From Candidatus Latescibacterota bacterium (lineage in GTDB: Bacteria; Latescibacterota; UBA2968; UBA8231): 64,000 nt of DNA. Location of the stretch: the NCBI GenBank assembly GCA_965223905.1, contig CBDCXV010000002.1, positions 256,001 through 320,000 on the forward strand, in the 5' to 3' direction. The notes below the pieces were generated by a model. That model was not told the origin of the DNA. It saw nothing but the letters and a program-made list of their open reading frames with translations, and ran no database searches. Every line of letters begins with the position of its first letter. Position 1 is the stretch's first letter. The translations under genes were made by a program, and so were the position numbers. Positions 29,799 through 39,732 of this stretch are shown in pieces.

Positions 29799-32700
29799 TC
29801 ACAGTCTGTTCCTGACGATCCAATTCAGATGTTCCTCTGCAAAGGCCACGGCAGACGCGCTCGTCGAATCCTCCCGATACGACTCCAACAGATTCCGGTA
29901 CACTTTGGCCGCGTCCTTCCACTTGTGCAAGAACTCGTAACTCATGCCGAGATTTGCCATTGCCCCGGCACGCGTCTCGGTCCCCTCATAGATGGAAACC
30001 ACCTCCTCCAGTGCCGCGGCAGCCTGGTCGTACACCTCCTGGTCGAAGAGCGACATGGCGTTCTCGTACTTGATATACGCCTGGATCTCCTCTACCTCGG
30101 CGAGGAGCCCCTGCGCTTCGGTTGCCATCTTCGACTCTGGATGGTCTTCGATTACCTGGCGATACATCTGTGCGGCGGTATCGTAATCCTTCCCGTTGAA
30201 GTAGTAGTCTCCAAGCGTGAACTGTGCACTCGGCGCCAGAGTGCTTGTCGGGAAGCGGTCCAGGAGTTCCTCGAATCGTTTCACCGCATCTTCCTGGCGT
30301 TCCAGCTCGAAATAGCACCAGGCGAGGTTATATATTGAGTTGTCGACGAAGTCGGATTGAGGGTAGTCCGTCACGACACGTTTGTAGGCTGTCGTCGCTT
30401 CTTCGAAACGCCTCAGGTTGAACAGGTTTTCACCGCGCTGGAAGAGCGCTTCGGAGACGACCCCGCTCCTCGGAAAACGTTCGACAAGCAGGCCGAACCA
30501 TTCAGCTGCCGAAGCAAAGTCCGTCTGCTGCAGGTGGGAGTAGGCCAGTAGGTAGTACGCGTTCTCGACGTTCGGATTGTCCGGAAATTCGTCGATGAAA
30601 TCCCGCAGCAGTGGAATCATCTGCTCGGTAGCGCCCAGAGAGAAGGAGGACACCGCCTTGCCGAAGAGCAGATCGGCCCTCAGTGATGATCGCGGAAACC
30701 GCGTCAGCGCTTCGTCGAAGATACGCCGGGCTCCTTCGTGCTCTTCGAGTCGTCCGTGGGAATCTCCCATGACAAACAGGGCGCGTTCTTCGAGCAGGTA
30801 TCCCCGGTCTGCGGAGCTGTCATGAAAGTCCGAATCGACGATGCTCTGACACTGTGCTAGCGCTTCCCGGTAGCGCTCCAGACTGTAATAGAGCTCTGCC
30901 AGCAACAGAGTGAACTCCGCCTTTTCAGTGGAATTGTCGCTGGCTGCGATAATGGCCTGGTAATCCACAATCGCTTCCGCCTTGCGACCGCTTCTCACGT
31001 AACACTGGGCGAGCAGCCGATGGGCTTGATCTTTCATGTCGAGGGGTGGGTTCAGACGAAGCAGCTCTTCCAGATCGGGGATGGCGCTGGCCACGTCCCC
31101 ACCCTGGAAGTACGAGGTCCCCCGACCCAAAAGCGATCCCAGGGTGATGACGACGTCCTCACTGTTTTTCCGGGCGTTGCCGAAAGCGGCGGCGGCGGCG
31201 GCGTGTCGACCCTGCTCGAAGTTGACCCTGGCGAGCACATAGTAAAGCTCTGCGGGGGCCAGATTTCCCAGGGAAACTGCTAACCCAAGCAGCAACAGCT
31301 CCTCGGCTTTTTCGAGGCGGCCGACACGCAGGAGGAATTCGCCACCCATGATCCCGGCCTTCGTCCACATCGCCGATGTGGGCGGGATACGGTCCAGAGA
31401 CGCTGTCGCCTCGTCATAGCGTCTCGCATCTCTGTAGGCAAGTGCCAGCTCGAGCAGTATCTGGTCCCTGCCGGCTCTTTCCGGATAGATTCGCAGATAC
31501 TCTTCGTAGAGCGCTGCCGAGCGTTCGAAATCGGCTTGCAGGTAGTGGATACGCGCGGTCTGCAGCCGAGCCCGTGCCAGCACTTCGGGCCGGTTTGGGT
31601 GTTTCCTGGCGATCGCCTCGAAGAGCTCGAGCGCCATGGCCAGGTCACCTCTCTGCTCCCGCCGCTGGGTGGAAAGGCCGGCACCAAACAGACTTTCTGC
31701 CCCCAGCTCCGTGCCGGGGTGGTCCTCGATTACCTGGAGATAGGACTTTCGGGCATTCCCGTAATTCTCACCAGCGCTCCACGCCCCACCGTTCTCCTCG
31801 GCCCGGTCCGCCTCGGCCAGTTCGAAGTAACACTGAGCAACCTGAAATCGTGCCCGATCCATTCCCAGGTCGCCGCCCACAGGCGCATCGCCGTAAGCGC
31901 TGATATAGATGAGGTACTCTTCCAGAGCATTGCGGAATTGTCGCGCTTGGTAATAGCGCCGGCCGATGCGCGCCTGCATGCGGGCGCGGAACCCGGTCTC
32001 GGACACCTCGTCGATGGCCCGGCGATATATCTGGACACCTCCCTCGATATCGTCCACGGCAAAATAGGCGTCGCCGATCTTCACGTACGCCTTCTCCACT
32101 AGCGCCTGTTCCTGGGCATACCCGGTGATGACAAGGCGGTAGGCCTCCGTTGCCGCGCTGACATTGCCTTCCGCACTGTACGAATCGCCGATCAGCAGCT
32201 GAGCCTTCGCCACCAGTTCGAGCGCCGTCTCCTTGACCACGCCGCTCAGTTTCCGAGCCTTCATCTTGACGTGCTCCGCCTCGCTCATGTCGCTGAAATC
32301 GTATTTGCCGATCAGCACTTTGAGAGCCCGTCGCGCTTGCGGGTGACGCCCCTGCTCGTAGTAACTCATGCCGATCTGGAACTGGGCCCGATCGACCCGG
32401 TATGCCGCTCCGTCCCGCAGGGTCAGTTCTTCGAAGGCGGCGATGGCGTCGTCGTATTCTTTTCTGTGGTATTGAGCCCAGCCGAGCTCGTAGAGGGCGC
32501 CGTCGACGAACTCGCTTTCCGGAAATTCGGCGACGAGCTGCCGCGCTTCGCCGATCACCTTCTCGTACTCTTTTGACCGGAAGTAGGTCTTGACGAGCCG
32601 ATACTGCGACAAGACCCGAATCTGCCTCAGATCGGTGATCTGAGAGGCTTCCTTGTAGTTCTCGGCAGCTTTCTTGAAGTGCTCCTCGGCTTGCTGGCGC

Positions 32701-33038
32701 AACTCTTCGACCTTGGCCGGGTTCCTCTCCAGGGCAGCTTTTTCGAGTAGATTCACGGCCTGATTACTGTGAGAATTCCCCAGCTGGAAGGTCGCCGCGA
32801 CCTTGACCGGAAAGTTCAAATCCCCCACCTCGATCAGCACCTTCGTCTCGTCGACAAAGCGGCTGTCCTCAGCCTGCTTGACGATCTCGAACTTCTCGAT
32901 CGCCTGCCTGTAGTCCTCGATTACGTAGAAGCGCTGACCCCGGTCGTAGACCAGCCGCAGAGTCTCATCCGAGGGGGCAAAGCTGCTGATTGTCACGCTC
33001 GTGGCGAGCAGGGCGAAGATGATTGATGGAAAAAGCAT
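29799..33038 (-). CDS. Giant exported TPR protein (1079 aa; BamD/CpoB-like repeats)
   Basis: Signal peptide; many repeats of the type 'xxFPxSxxxxxALY/FxxG'. Confidence 0.85.
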   Translation of the reverse strand: MLFPSIIFALLATSVTISSFAPSDETLRLVYDRGQRFYVIEDYRQAIEKFEIVKQAEDSRFVDETKVLIEVGDLNFPVKVAATFQLGNSHSNQAVNLLEKAALERNPAKVEELRQQAEEHFKKAAENYKEASQITDLRQIRVLSQYRLVKTYFRSKEYEKVIGEARQLVAEFPESEFVDGALYELGWAQYHRKEYDDAIAAFEELTLRDGAAYRVDRAQFQIGMSYYEQGRHPQARRALKVLIGKYDFSDMSEAEHVKMKARKLSGVVKETALELVAKAQLLIGDSYSAEGNVSAATEAYRLVITGYAQEQALVEKAYVKIGDAYFAVDDIEGGVQIYRRAIDEVSETGFRARMQARIGRRYYQARQFRNALEEYLIYISAYGDAPVGGDLGMDRARFQVAQCYFELAEADRAEENGGAWSAGENYGNARKSYLQVIEDHPGTELGAESLFGAGLSTQRREQRGDLAMALELFEAIARKHPNRPEVLARARLQTARIHYLQADFERSAALYEEYLRIYPERAGRDQILLELALAYRDARRYDEATASLDRIPPTSAMWTKAGIMGGEFLLRVGRLEKAEELLLLGLAVSLGNLAPAELYYVLARVNFEQGRHAAAAAAFGNARKNSEDVVITLGSLLGRGTSYFQGGDVASAIPDLEELLRLNPPLDMKDQAHRLLAQCYVRSGRKAEAIVDYQAIIAASDNSTEKAEFTLLLAELYYSLERYREALAQCQSIVDSDFHDSSADRGYLLEERALFVMGDSHGRLEEHEGARRIFDEALTRFPRSSLRADLLFGKAVSSFSLGATEQMIPLLRDFIDEFPDNPNVENAYYLLAYSHLQQTDFASAAEWFGLLVERFPRSGVVSEALFQRGENLFNLRRFEEATTAYKRVVTDYPQSDFVDNSIYNLAWCYFELERQEDAVKRFEELLDRFPTSTLAPSAQFTLGDYYFNGKDYDTAAQMYRQVIEDHPESKMATEAQGLLAEVEEIQAYIKYENAMSLFDQEVYDQAAAALEEVVSIYEGTETRAGAMANLGMSYEFLHKWKDAAKVYRNLLESYREDSTSASAVAFAEEHLNWIVRNRL

Positions 33039-33058
33039 ATGACCAACCGCTCTCAGTT

Positions 33059-35878
33059 CTATTGAACAGTGCCGACACCGGCGAACATTTTAAAGAAAAA
33101 CCGCACGAAGCTCTCGTCCGGCAGCCCGGACACATCAAAGTTGATACTTCGGTATTCCGCACCTGCCTCGGTGCCAATTTTATAACCTCCGAAATTTGAC
33201 TGATTGATCCAGGCAAGCTGATAGGTCTGGTGCTTGGCATCGTTGTCGCGGTCGCGAAAATCGATGCGCCGGTCGACGAGCAGAGGCAGTCCTTGAGCCC
33301 CGATGGCGATCGTCGAACGATGGGTCAGATGGTAGTCGATCCGAACCAATGGCGCCAGGATCAGATCCTCCCTCAGAGGCAGAGCGATAGTGGATCGCTC
33401 CTGACGCCGGTACTGCAATTTGAACCGGGGCATGAAAGCCATGCGACCGTAGTGGCGGGTGTAGTCTCCCTTTATGAGGTAGCCGACAAAGTCTACATCG
33501 TCTTCTGGCTGCACATCACCGTTGTCAAGGGTAGTCGCCTGCTGGTCGTTCAGTTCATAGCGCAACTTGGCGTTGATATTCCAGTAGCGTCCAGGTTTGT
33601 ATTCCACGTGCAGGAGTCCCCGGTTGACGAAGCTATCTCGAGCTTCGAGCAAATCCGGAAAGAAAAACTGCATGGGCACTAGGCGTCCATCGCTGATCAA
33701 GTCGACCCTGAAATCAAAGTAGGGATTGGCGATATCGTCCTCGACCGTTTTGCTCTCGTGGTCGAGCCGCAGGCGCCAGTGGTCGCCCTGCGACCACTCG
33801 TAGCGCAAGCGCCCGTAGGTCACGTCGTTGTGGCCCCCGCCGGCGATCTGATCCACGGAGTAGCGTCCGAGCGTCGCCTCGAGCCCTGGCGCGAGTGACG
33901 ACGCAGCGGTGACGTGGAAACCCTCTTCGTCCTTGAAGTAAGGGTAGTTCGGCTGATCGTCATCCTCCCACATGTCAAGCAAAAAGTTGTTGTTGAAATC
34001 GTCGCCGAAATAGAACTCTCTCGGATCCGTGAAGTACATCAGGAAAGGCTCGTCCGAGTCCAGCAACTCGTTGCGGTTGCGGTTGTTGTCGGCGAATCCG
34101 TCAGCGTCGAAATCGAAGAATGGGTAGACGCCGGCGTCTGACTCCAGATATTTGGATTCCCGACCTGCGATGTCCCAGTCCTGGACCCAGTCATCCGGCC
34201 ACTGGTCGATGTCATCGTTGTCGTCCACCAGGGCGTAAATCGGGTTGTTTAGTTTGTTGCCGCCTGAGTTCCGATAGGTGCTCGCCGGGTCTTGACGATC
34301 ATCGAGGTTGAAGAAGTAATGCGTCCCGGCTGTTCGCGAATCGACAATATCCTCGTTCTGCAGGACCCCGAACGTCCGGTTGATGAACGGGACCTGTACG
34401 CCGTCGCTGCTGAACTCCGGGTTGGCCTCGGCCTTTTGTCGCGCCGCAGACTTGAATGCGTAGGTGTTGTACTTGGGACCGATGTGAAATCCCTCGAAAC
34501 CCAGAGAGACCGCGTGTATCTCCTTTTCCACCGTCACATACCAGCCGAAATCGTCATAGTCGGCGCGCTCTCCGTCATCGGCGGCGTGCTGGAAATACGT
34601 GGAGCTTCGAGCAACTTCTCCGCGCACCTCGAAACCGCTCACCGAGGCGCTGCCGTTGAGCCCGACGACGTCCTGACCGGTGAGCATGCCCTGTTCGAAA
34701 ACGACCTGCCCCTTGTTGGACATGTCGATCACATTGCCTTCGGCCCGCCGCGCGATGACGAACTCCGTGGTGCGAGCCCCGCCGCCCGACGATACCGTGT
34801 AACGGTGATCCTGGCGCGTCAGAATCTGGTAGTCGTTGCCGACGACGGCGGCAATTTTCACACCCACCGTGCTGTCCGGCACGGGAAAGGAGTATTCGAC
34901 AAACACGGGAATGCGAAAGCCCTGCCGGTTCTCGAAATAGCCGCTGGCCTCTACATGCCGTGGTCCTGCGGCGACACCCTCGGACACCTCGGGCGCTGAC
35001 GCCGGGATCTTCTCGAATCGATCGACCCCACCCTCCCGTATGTGAGCGGTAGCAGACACAGCAAAAACCGCCGCGCCGCCGACACCATCCTCCGGTGAAT
35101 CGTCCTGAAAGCGGACGATGACCTCCTGCACGCTCGTTTGCGGAGGCGCTAGACCCTTGCGTGTGTTGGTCGTAAAACCCCGGCTGCTGTCGAAGCGATG
35201 CAGATTCACGTAGGTGCCGCCAAGAATCAGAAAGTCACCGACGTGGCTCTCCCAGTGGCCGCCCATGAGGTAGACGCCGTCAGTCACGGTCCGCCTTTCA
35301 CCGCCGCGATCCAGTCGATCTTTGAGATCGAGTTTGATCGGATCCGAGATCCTTGACAGAATGATGCTGAAGCGATTGTTCGCCGACGCCTCGTCCCAGC
35401 GGATGCCGTTGAGCCGTGCCATGTTCAGAGTCAGCGGTGAAAAAGTAGTGCTGATGGCGTCACCGACCATCAGTCGAGTCGACCAGCCTCCGTACGCATC
35501 GTCGACGATGATCAAGTGGCGCAGCCAGTTTTCGTAGAACTGTCCCTTCAGCAGGACGCTGCCCTGCTCGCCCTGTGCGACGGCGCGCGTCTCCTCCATT
35601 CGAAACACTTCGTAGCCTTCGGTCAGATAGTTGCCGAAGGCGTCGTAGCGTTTGAAAATCGGAATGCCCTCGCGGTAGTTCTCGTAGTCGGTCCAGCCGA
35701 AATTCAGAAAGGGCGCATAGTAGCGCGACACGAAGGGATCGGCGAACCGGCCCTTTGTCAGCAACAGATCTTCGCTGCTCTCCTGCTCCCAATGCTGCGC
35801 CGGCACGCCAACAGGGATGAACAGCAGGGCCAGGAAGAGCCTGGTAAACGATCTCGCTCGGTGTTTTGGCGCGATCAT
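33059..35878 (-). CDS. Large exported protein, putative outer-membrane beta-barrel (paralog 2)
   Basis: Signal peptide; RYDAFGN, GDAISTTFSPLTL, GGHWES, VNLHRFDS, DDSPEDG, DFDADGFADNNRNRN, FGDDFNNN, EDDDQPNYPY. Confidence 0.65.
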   Translation of the reverse strand: MIAPKHRARSFTRLFLALLFIPVGVPAQHWEQESSEDLLLTKGRFADPFVSRYYAPFLNFGWTDYENYREGIPIFKRYDAFGNYLTEGYEVFRMEETRAVAQGEQGSVLLKGQFYENWLRHLIIVDDAYGGWSTRLMVGDAISTTFSPLTLNMARLNGIRWDEASANNRFSIILSRISDPIKLDLKDRLDRGGERRTVTDGVYLMGGHWESHVGDFLILGGTYVNLHRFDSSRGFTTNTRKGLAPPQTSVQEVIVRFQDDSPEDGVGGAAVFAVSATAHIREGGVDRFEKIPASAPEVSEGVAAGPRHVEASGYFENRQGFRIPVFVEYSFPVPDSTVGVKIAAVVGNDYQILTRQDHRYTVSSGGGARTTEFVIARRAEGNVIDMSNKGQVVFEQGMLTGQDVVGLNGSASVSGFEVRGEVARSSTYFQHAADDGERADYDDFGWYVTVEKEIHAVSLGFEGFHIGPKYNTYAFKSAARQKAEANPEFSSDGVQVPFINRTFGVLQNEDIVDSRTAGTHYFFNLDDRQDPASTYRNSGGNKLNNPIYALVDDNDDIDQWPDDWVQDWDIAGRESKYLESDAGVYPFFDFDADGFADNNRNRNELLDSDEPFLMYFTDPREFYFGDDFNNNFLLDMWEDDDQPNYPYFKDEEGFHVTAASSLAPGLEATLGRYSVDQIAGGGHNDVTYGRLRYEWSQGDHWRLRLDHESKTVEDDIANPYFDFRVDLISDGRLVPMQFFFPDLLEARDSFVNRGLLHVEYKPGRYWNINAKLRYELNDQQATTLDNGDVQPEDDVDFVGYLIKGDYTRHYGRMAFMPRFKLQYRRQERSTIALPLREDLILAPLVRIDYHLTHRSTIAIGAQGLPLLVDRRIDFRDRDNDAKHQTYQLAWINQSNFGGYKIGTEAGAEYRSINFDVSGLPDESFVRFFFKMFAGVGTVQ

Positions 35879-38778
35879 CAGCGTACCAGGGTCGGGGATC
35901 CGGAGAGCATGCGCACGAAGAAGCGAGTGAATCTGGTGTCCGGCCTGTCCGGATCGTCGAAATCAACCTCCTGGCGCAGAATCCCGAGCTCGAGGCCGAG
36001 ACGATAGCCTTCGTAGTACGTCTCGTTAAACCACATGAAGGTCCAGCTCCTCAAGTCGGCATCGTTCGCCGCGTTCGCGAAGTCCTTGCGTCGATCTGCA
36101 AGCAGCGGAAACCCCTGAACACCCAGTCGCAACTGAGAGCCCGATCCGAAGTGGAAATCAGCGCGCAGAATGGGCAAAACCTGGAGATTTTCGAGAAAGG
36201 GACCCTCTTCGCTGGACCGCTCCCAGAGGCGGTACATGGCCTTGAACCGCGGCATCAGGTCCAGACTGCCCCTCTGGTAGCTGTAGCCGGTACGCAGGAT
36301 GGCACCGTAAAAGTCGAGGTCGTCTTCGAGTTGCTCCTCTCCAGAGGCGAAACGGCGAGCATGCTGATGGTTCAATTCGTAACGCAGCCTGCCCTCTATG
36401 TTCCAGCGCTCACGAGGTTGGAAATCGGCACGGAATAACCCCCTGTTGATGAAACTGTCGCGAGCCTCGAGCTCGTCGTCGAAGAAGGTCTGGGTGTAGC
36501 GGCTGCCCGTGAGAGCCCCAACGTTTACGTTCCGGCGATCCAGTTCAACTTCGATCCCCTCCTGCAGAAGAAACCTGAAGTAGGGATTCGAAATATCGTC
36601 CCTGACGCTCTTCGACTCGTGGTCCCAGCGTACCCGCCAGCGCGAAGCGTAGTGGCGGTCGAGGTTGAGCTTTCCGTAGACGACATCGTTGTGGCCGCTG
36701 GCAGCGATCTGGTCCACGTCGTAGCGACCGACGCTGAGCTTGAGGCCGTTGAACAGCTTCAGGGCGGTCAACAGGTGCAGCCCCTGCTCGTCCTTGTAGT
36801 ACGGATAGTTTGGCAGGCTGTCATCTTCGGAGGCGTCGGTGATGAAGTTGTTGTTGTAGTCGTCCCCGAAATGGAACTCCTGAGGGTCTGAGAAGTACAT
36901 GAGGAAAGGCTCGTCGTAATCGGGGAACTCATTGCGATTGCGATTCGTGTCCTGGTGTCCATCCTGGTCGAGGTCGGAATACGGAAAGATCGATCCCTCT
37001 TTTGGGGTGCCGCCACCCTTCAGCCGCCGCCAGTTATCCGCTCTCTCGTCGTAGAGCATGTTGTCGTTGTCGTCGACGAAGCTGTAGAACGGATTGATGG
37101 CACTGCCCCCGGGCTGCGCGTCGGCATAGAAATCCTGCCGCAGTCGCTCCCGGCCGGCTTCTTCCTCCGGGTTGAAGTAGAAAACCTCTCCGGTCGGAAC
37201 CGGATTTCGCGGATCCGCCGGATGCGGGTTGTAGGAGGTGTACCTGGCGCCGATGGAAAACAGTTCGGCGCCGAACGACCACCGGGACCACTCCTTATCC
37301 AGAGTGAGGTACCCGGCGACGTCTTCGAAGCCGCTGCGCTTGCCCAGCACCGAGGGATACTGGAAATGGTTGGAGCTTTTGGCGAGTTCGCCGTGCATCT
37401 CCAGACCGGGGATCAGCAGCCTGCCGTTGACGCCAAACACCTCCACACCGGTGGACAGGCCGTAGTCGAAACGGGTGAACCGCTTGTTGGACATATCGAC
37501 GATGTTGTCTTCGGCCCGGCGGATGATCTGAAAATCGGTTTCCCGAGGCACGGTGCTGCGGGGACCGGTCCGTTGCGTATGGTTTTGGGCAAGACTGATC
37601 TTGTAGTCGTTGGCCACTAGGGCGGAAAACTCGACGCCGACGATTTCCGTATTGTTCAAACCGGCGGCCTCGAAATCGAAGGTGTAGTCGATGTAGACAG
37701 GCCTGTCGATGCCATCAGTTCTGAAAACACCGCTGGCCTCGAGGTGGCGACCACGAGCGACGGCGCCCGGTGAAAGCTCCGGCGGCTGCGGAGTCAGCGT
37801 CACCGTCGTCTCAGCGGCGCCGGGATCGTCGAACGGCGGGCCTACGGTCACGTTGGCGACGAGGTCGAACACGGCTGCCCCGCCGATGCCATCCTCCGGC
37901 GAATCGTCTTCGAAGCGCACGATGATCTGATCGGGAACCGAATTGGGCGGCGCCAGGCCTTTGCGGGTATTGGTCTTGAAGCCTCGTTGGCTGTCGAAGC
38001 GGTGCAAGTTCACGTAGGAGGCGCCGACGACGAGGTTTTCGCCGACACCGCTCTCCCAATGTCCTCCCATCATGTAGACGCCGTCGTTGATATTTTCGAT
38101 TTGCCCGCGCTTACCCAGAGCTACGTTGAAGTTCTCCCCTGCCCCGGCGAGCTTTTGCTTGAGCGGATCGGAGATGCGGGACACAATCAGGGTAAGCTCA
38201 TGGTTGCCGACGGAGGCGGCGTCGAAACGGAGACCGTTGAAATTGACCATGTCGAGTGTCAGCGGGGTGAAGGTGGTGTGGATGAAGTCCCCCAGTATCA
38301 CTCTGGTGCTCCAGCTGCCATATGAGTCGTCGGCGACAACCAGATGATGGAGCCAGTTCTGGTAGAATTGTCCCTTGGTTCCCTGGCTGCCGATCAGCGG
38401 AGCTCGGGTGCGGTATTCCTGGAGCTGGAAGATCTCGTAGCCGTCAGCGATGAAATTGCCGAAGGAGTCGTAGTTGCGCAGATAGGGTGTCGTGTTGAGG
38501 CGGTAGTTCTGGTAGTCGTTCCAACCGTAGGTGCGGTACCCGGGCTGCCAGCGCCCCATGAAAGCATCGCCGAAACGGTGGTCTTCGTAGAACGTTCCGG
38601 CGCTGGATCCGGGAACTACCAGCGTTTCGCGCGGTAGCTCGTCCTCAGTCGTGTAGTTCGGAAAACGGCGCGTCCCCTTCCCTTCCTTGAGATCCGGGTC
38701 CTGCGACTCAACCCCGTGGACCCACAGGGTGATCGAGCCCAGACACAGCCAGAAAAGTGTCCGTTTCCAGTCGGGCAT
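35878..38778 (-). CDS. Large exported protein, putative outer-membrane beta-barrel (paralog 1)
   Basis: Same motif series as paralog 2 (YDSFGN, TTFTPLTL, GGHWES, VNLHRFDS, DDSPEDG, DLDQDGHQDTNRNRN, GDDYNNN); stop overlaps the next start. Confidence 0.65.
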   Translation of the reverse strand: MPDWKRTLFWLCLGSITLWVHGVESQDPDLKEGKGTRRFPNYTTEDELPRETLVVPGSSAGTFYEDHRFGDAFMGRWQPGYRTYGWNDYQNYRLNTTPYLRNYDSFGNFIADGYEIFQLQEYRTRAPLIGSQGTKGQFYQNWLHHLVVADDSYGSWSTRVILGDFIHTTFTPLTLDMVNFNGLRFDAASVGNHELTLIVSRISDPLKQKLAGAGENFNVALGKRGQIENINDGVYMMGGHWESGVGENLVVGASYVNLHRFDSQRGFKTNTRKGLAPPNSVPDQIIVRFEDDSPEDGIGGAAVFDLVANVTVGPPFDDPGAAETTVTLTPQPPELSPGAVARGRHLEASGVFRTDGIDRPVYIDYTFDFEAAGLNNTEIVGVEFSALVANDYKISLAQNHTQRTGPRSTVPRETDFQIIRRAEDNIVDMSNKRFTRFDYGLSTGVEVFGVNGRLLIPGLEMHGELAKSSNHFQYPSVLGKRSGFEDVAGYLTLDKEWSRWSFGAELFSIGARYTSYNPHPADPRNPVPTGEVFYFNPEEEAGRERLRQDFYADAQPGGSAINPFYSFVDDNDNMLYDERADNWRRLKGGGTPKEGSIFPYSDLDQDGHQDTNRNRNEFPDYDEPFLMYFSDPQEFHFGDDYNNNFITDASEDDSLPNYPYYKDEQGLHLLTALKLFNGLKLSVGRYDVDQIAASGHNDVVYGKLNLDRHYASRWRVRWDHESKSVRDDISNPYFRFLLQEGIEVELDRRNVNVGALTGSRYTQTFFDDELEARDSFINRGLFRADFQPRERWNIEGRLRYELNHQHARRFASGEEQLEDDLDFYGAILRTGYSYQRGSLDLMPRFKAMYRLWERSSEEGPFLENLQVLPILRADFHFGSGSQLRLGVQGFPLLADRRKDFANAANDADLRSWTFMWFNETYYEGYRLGLELGILRQEVDFDDPDRPDTRFTRFFVRMLSGSPTLVR

Positions 38779-38807
38779 TGGAGCTGGTGGCCTCGAATCG
38801 ATGCTGG

Positions 38808-39707
38808 TCAGAGCTGATACACCAGTGAGAGCCGCTGGCTACCGCCGGCCGTAATCTCGGATGCGTAGTGGTGGGCGTAGTTCAGCACGATTTTTCCGAA
38901 ACGCAGACCGAGCCCCCCATCTACCTCGCCGGCAGCGCCATCGCTGGCCATGCCGCTGCCTCCCGCCCGCAGGCGCAGATCGTAACGTCCGCCAAGTTTG
39001 TACTCAGCTCCGACTCGCAGCCTGGAGCCTCCGTCGATGAATTCGAGGTCGGCCTCCAGTGCGTACATCGCGTCCGCATAGCCCAGACCCAGGGTGATGC
39101 GGCGAGGAATGCCGCTTCCGCCTCTCGACTCGGAGACATTGGGCTCGTTGAGGCTCTGCCCGCTGAATGCGACGCTGACCTGCCCGTCATTCAGAGTGAA
39201 TGCCTCCATGCGCGCCCCCACGTCGAGGCCCAGTCCGGAGCCGGACCGATCGGCGTCACTGATGAGGGTTTGGGGGTCGCTGTAGCCGTCGGCAGACCAG
39301 CGCATGAATCGCAGGCCAACTCCAAGATTCAGGTTCTTTCCGATGGTCCGGCCGAATCCGAGGAGCAGGCCGGTCTCTGTATAGAAACCAGCCCCCAGGC
39401 CGGCGACTCCAAGTCCGACACGGCCCCCTGCCAGCTTTCGCGCGTAGTTGGCGGACCAGTTTCCTATACCCGGCCCCGCATCGAGGTCGGGGAAAAGTCG
39501 CGCGTACTCAACGCTGATTTGAGAGCGCTCGATGCGCGCCAGTCCGGCGGTATTGTACCAAAGGGCGCTGGCATCATCGCCGTGCACGGTGACCGCGTGA
39601 CCCATCGCACTGGCGCGACTCGCGTGACCTAGAGTTTCAAAGGCCCCCTGGACCGGCACTGCCCCGATACCCAGGGTGAGGCTCAGAATGAAAAGTCGTT
39701 GATACAT
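38808..39707 (-). CDS. PorV/PorQ (FadL-like) family outer-membrane protein
   Basis: Signal peptide, then SRASAMGHAVT...DASALWYNTAGLA (PorV/FadL N-terminal motif), GLDVGA, LRAGG, and terminal strand LSLVYQL. Confidence 0.7.
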   Translation of the reverse strand: MYQRLFILSLTLGIGAVPVQGAFETLGHASRASAMGHAVTVHGDDASALWYNTAGLARIERSQISVEYARLFPDLDAGPGIGNWSANYARKLAGGRVGLGVAGLGAGFYTETGLLLGFGRTIGKNLNLGVGLRFMRWSADGYSDPQTLISDADRSGSGLGLDVGARMEAFTLNDGQVSVAFSGQSLNEPNVSESRGGSGIPRRITLGLGYADAMYALEADLEFIDGGSRLRVGAEYKLGGRYDLRLRAGGSGMASDGAAGEVDGGLGLRFGKIVLNYAHHYASEITAGGSQRLSLVYQL

Positions 39708-39732
39708 TGATTGCTCTCTGGTTTGGTTGATG

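Noticed and set aside
25414-29815. Plus-strand ORFs of 375, 419 and 423 aa
   Set aside because: Antisense to well-supported DUF4159, exbD, FGE and exbB genes.
22827-38778. Calling the large proteins SusC/TonB-dependent receptors or SprA
   Set aside because: No recognisable plug or TonB-box motifs and no terminal Phe; far shorter than SprA. Left as an unnamed family pending structure prediction.
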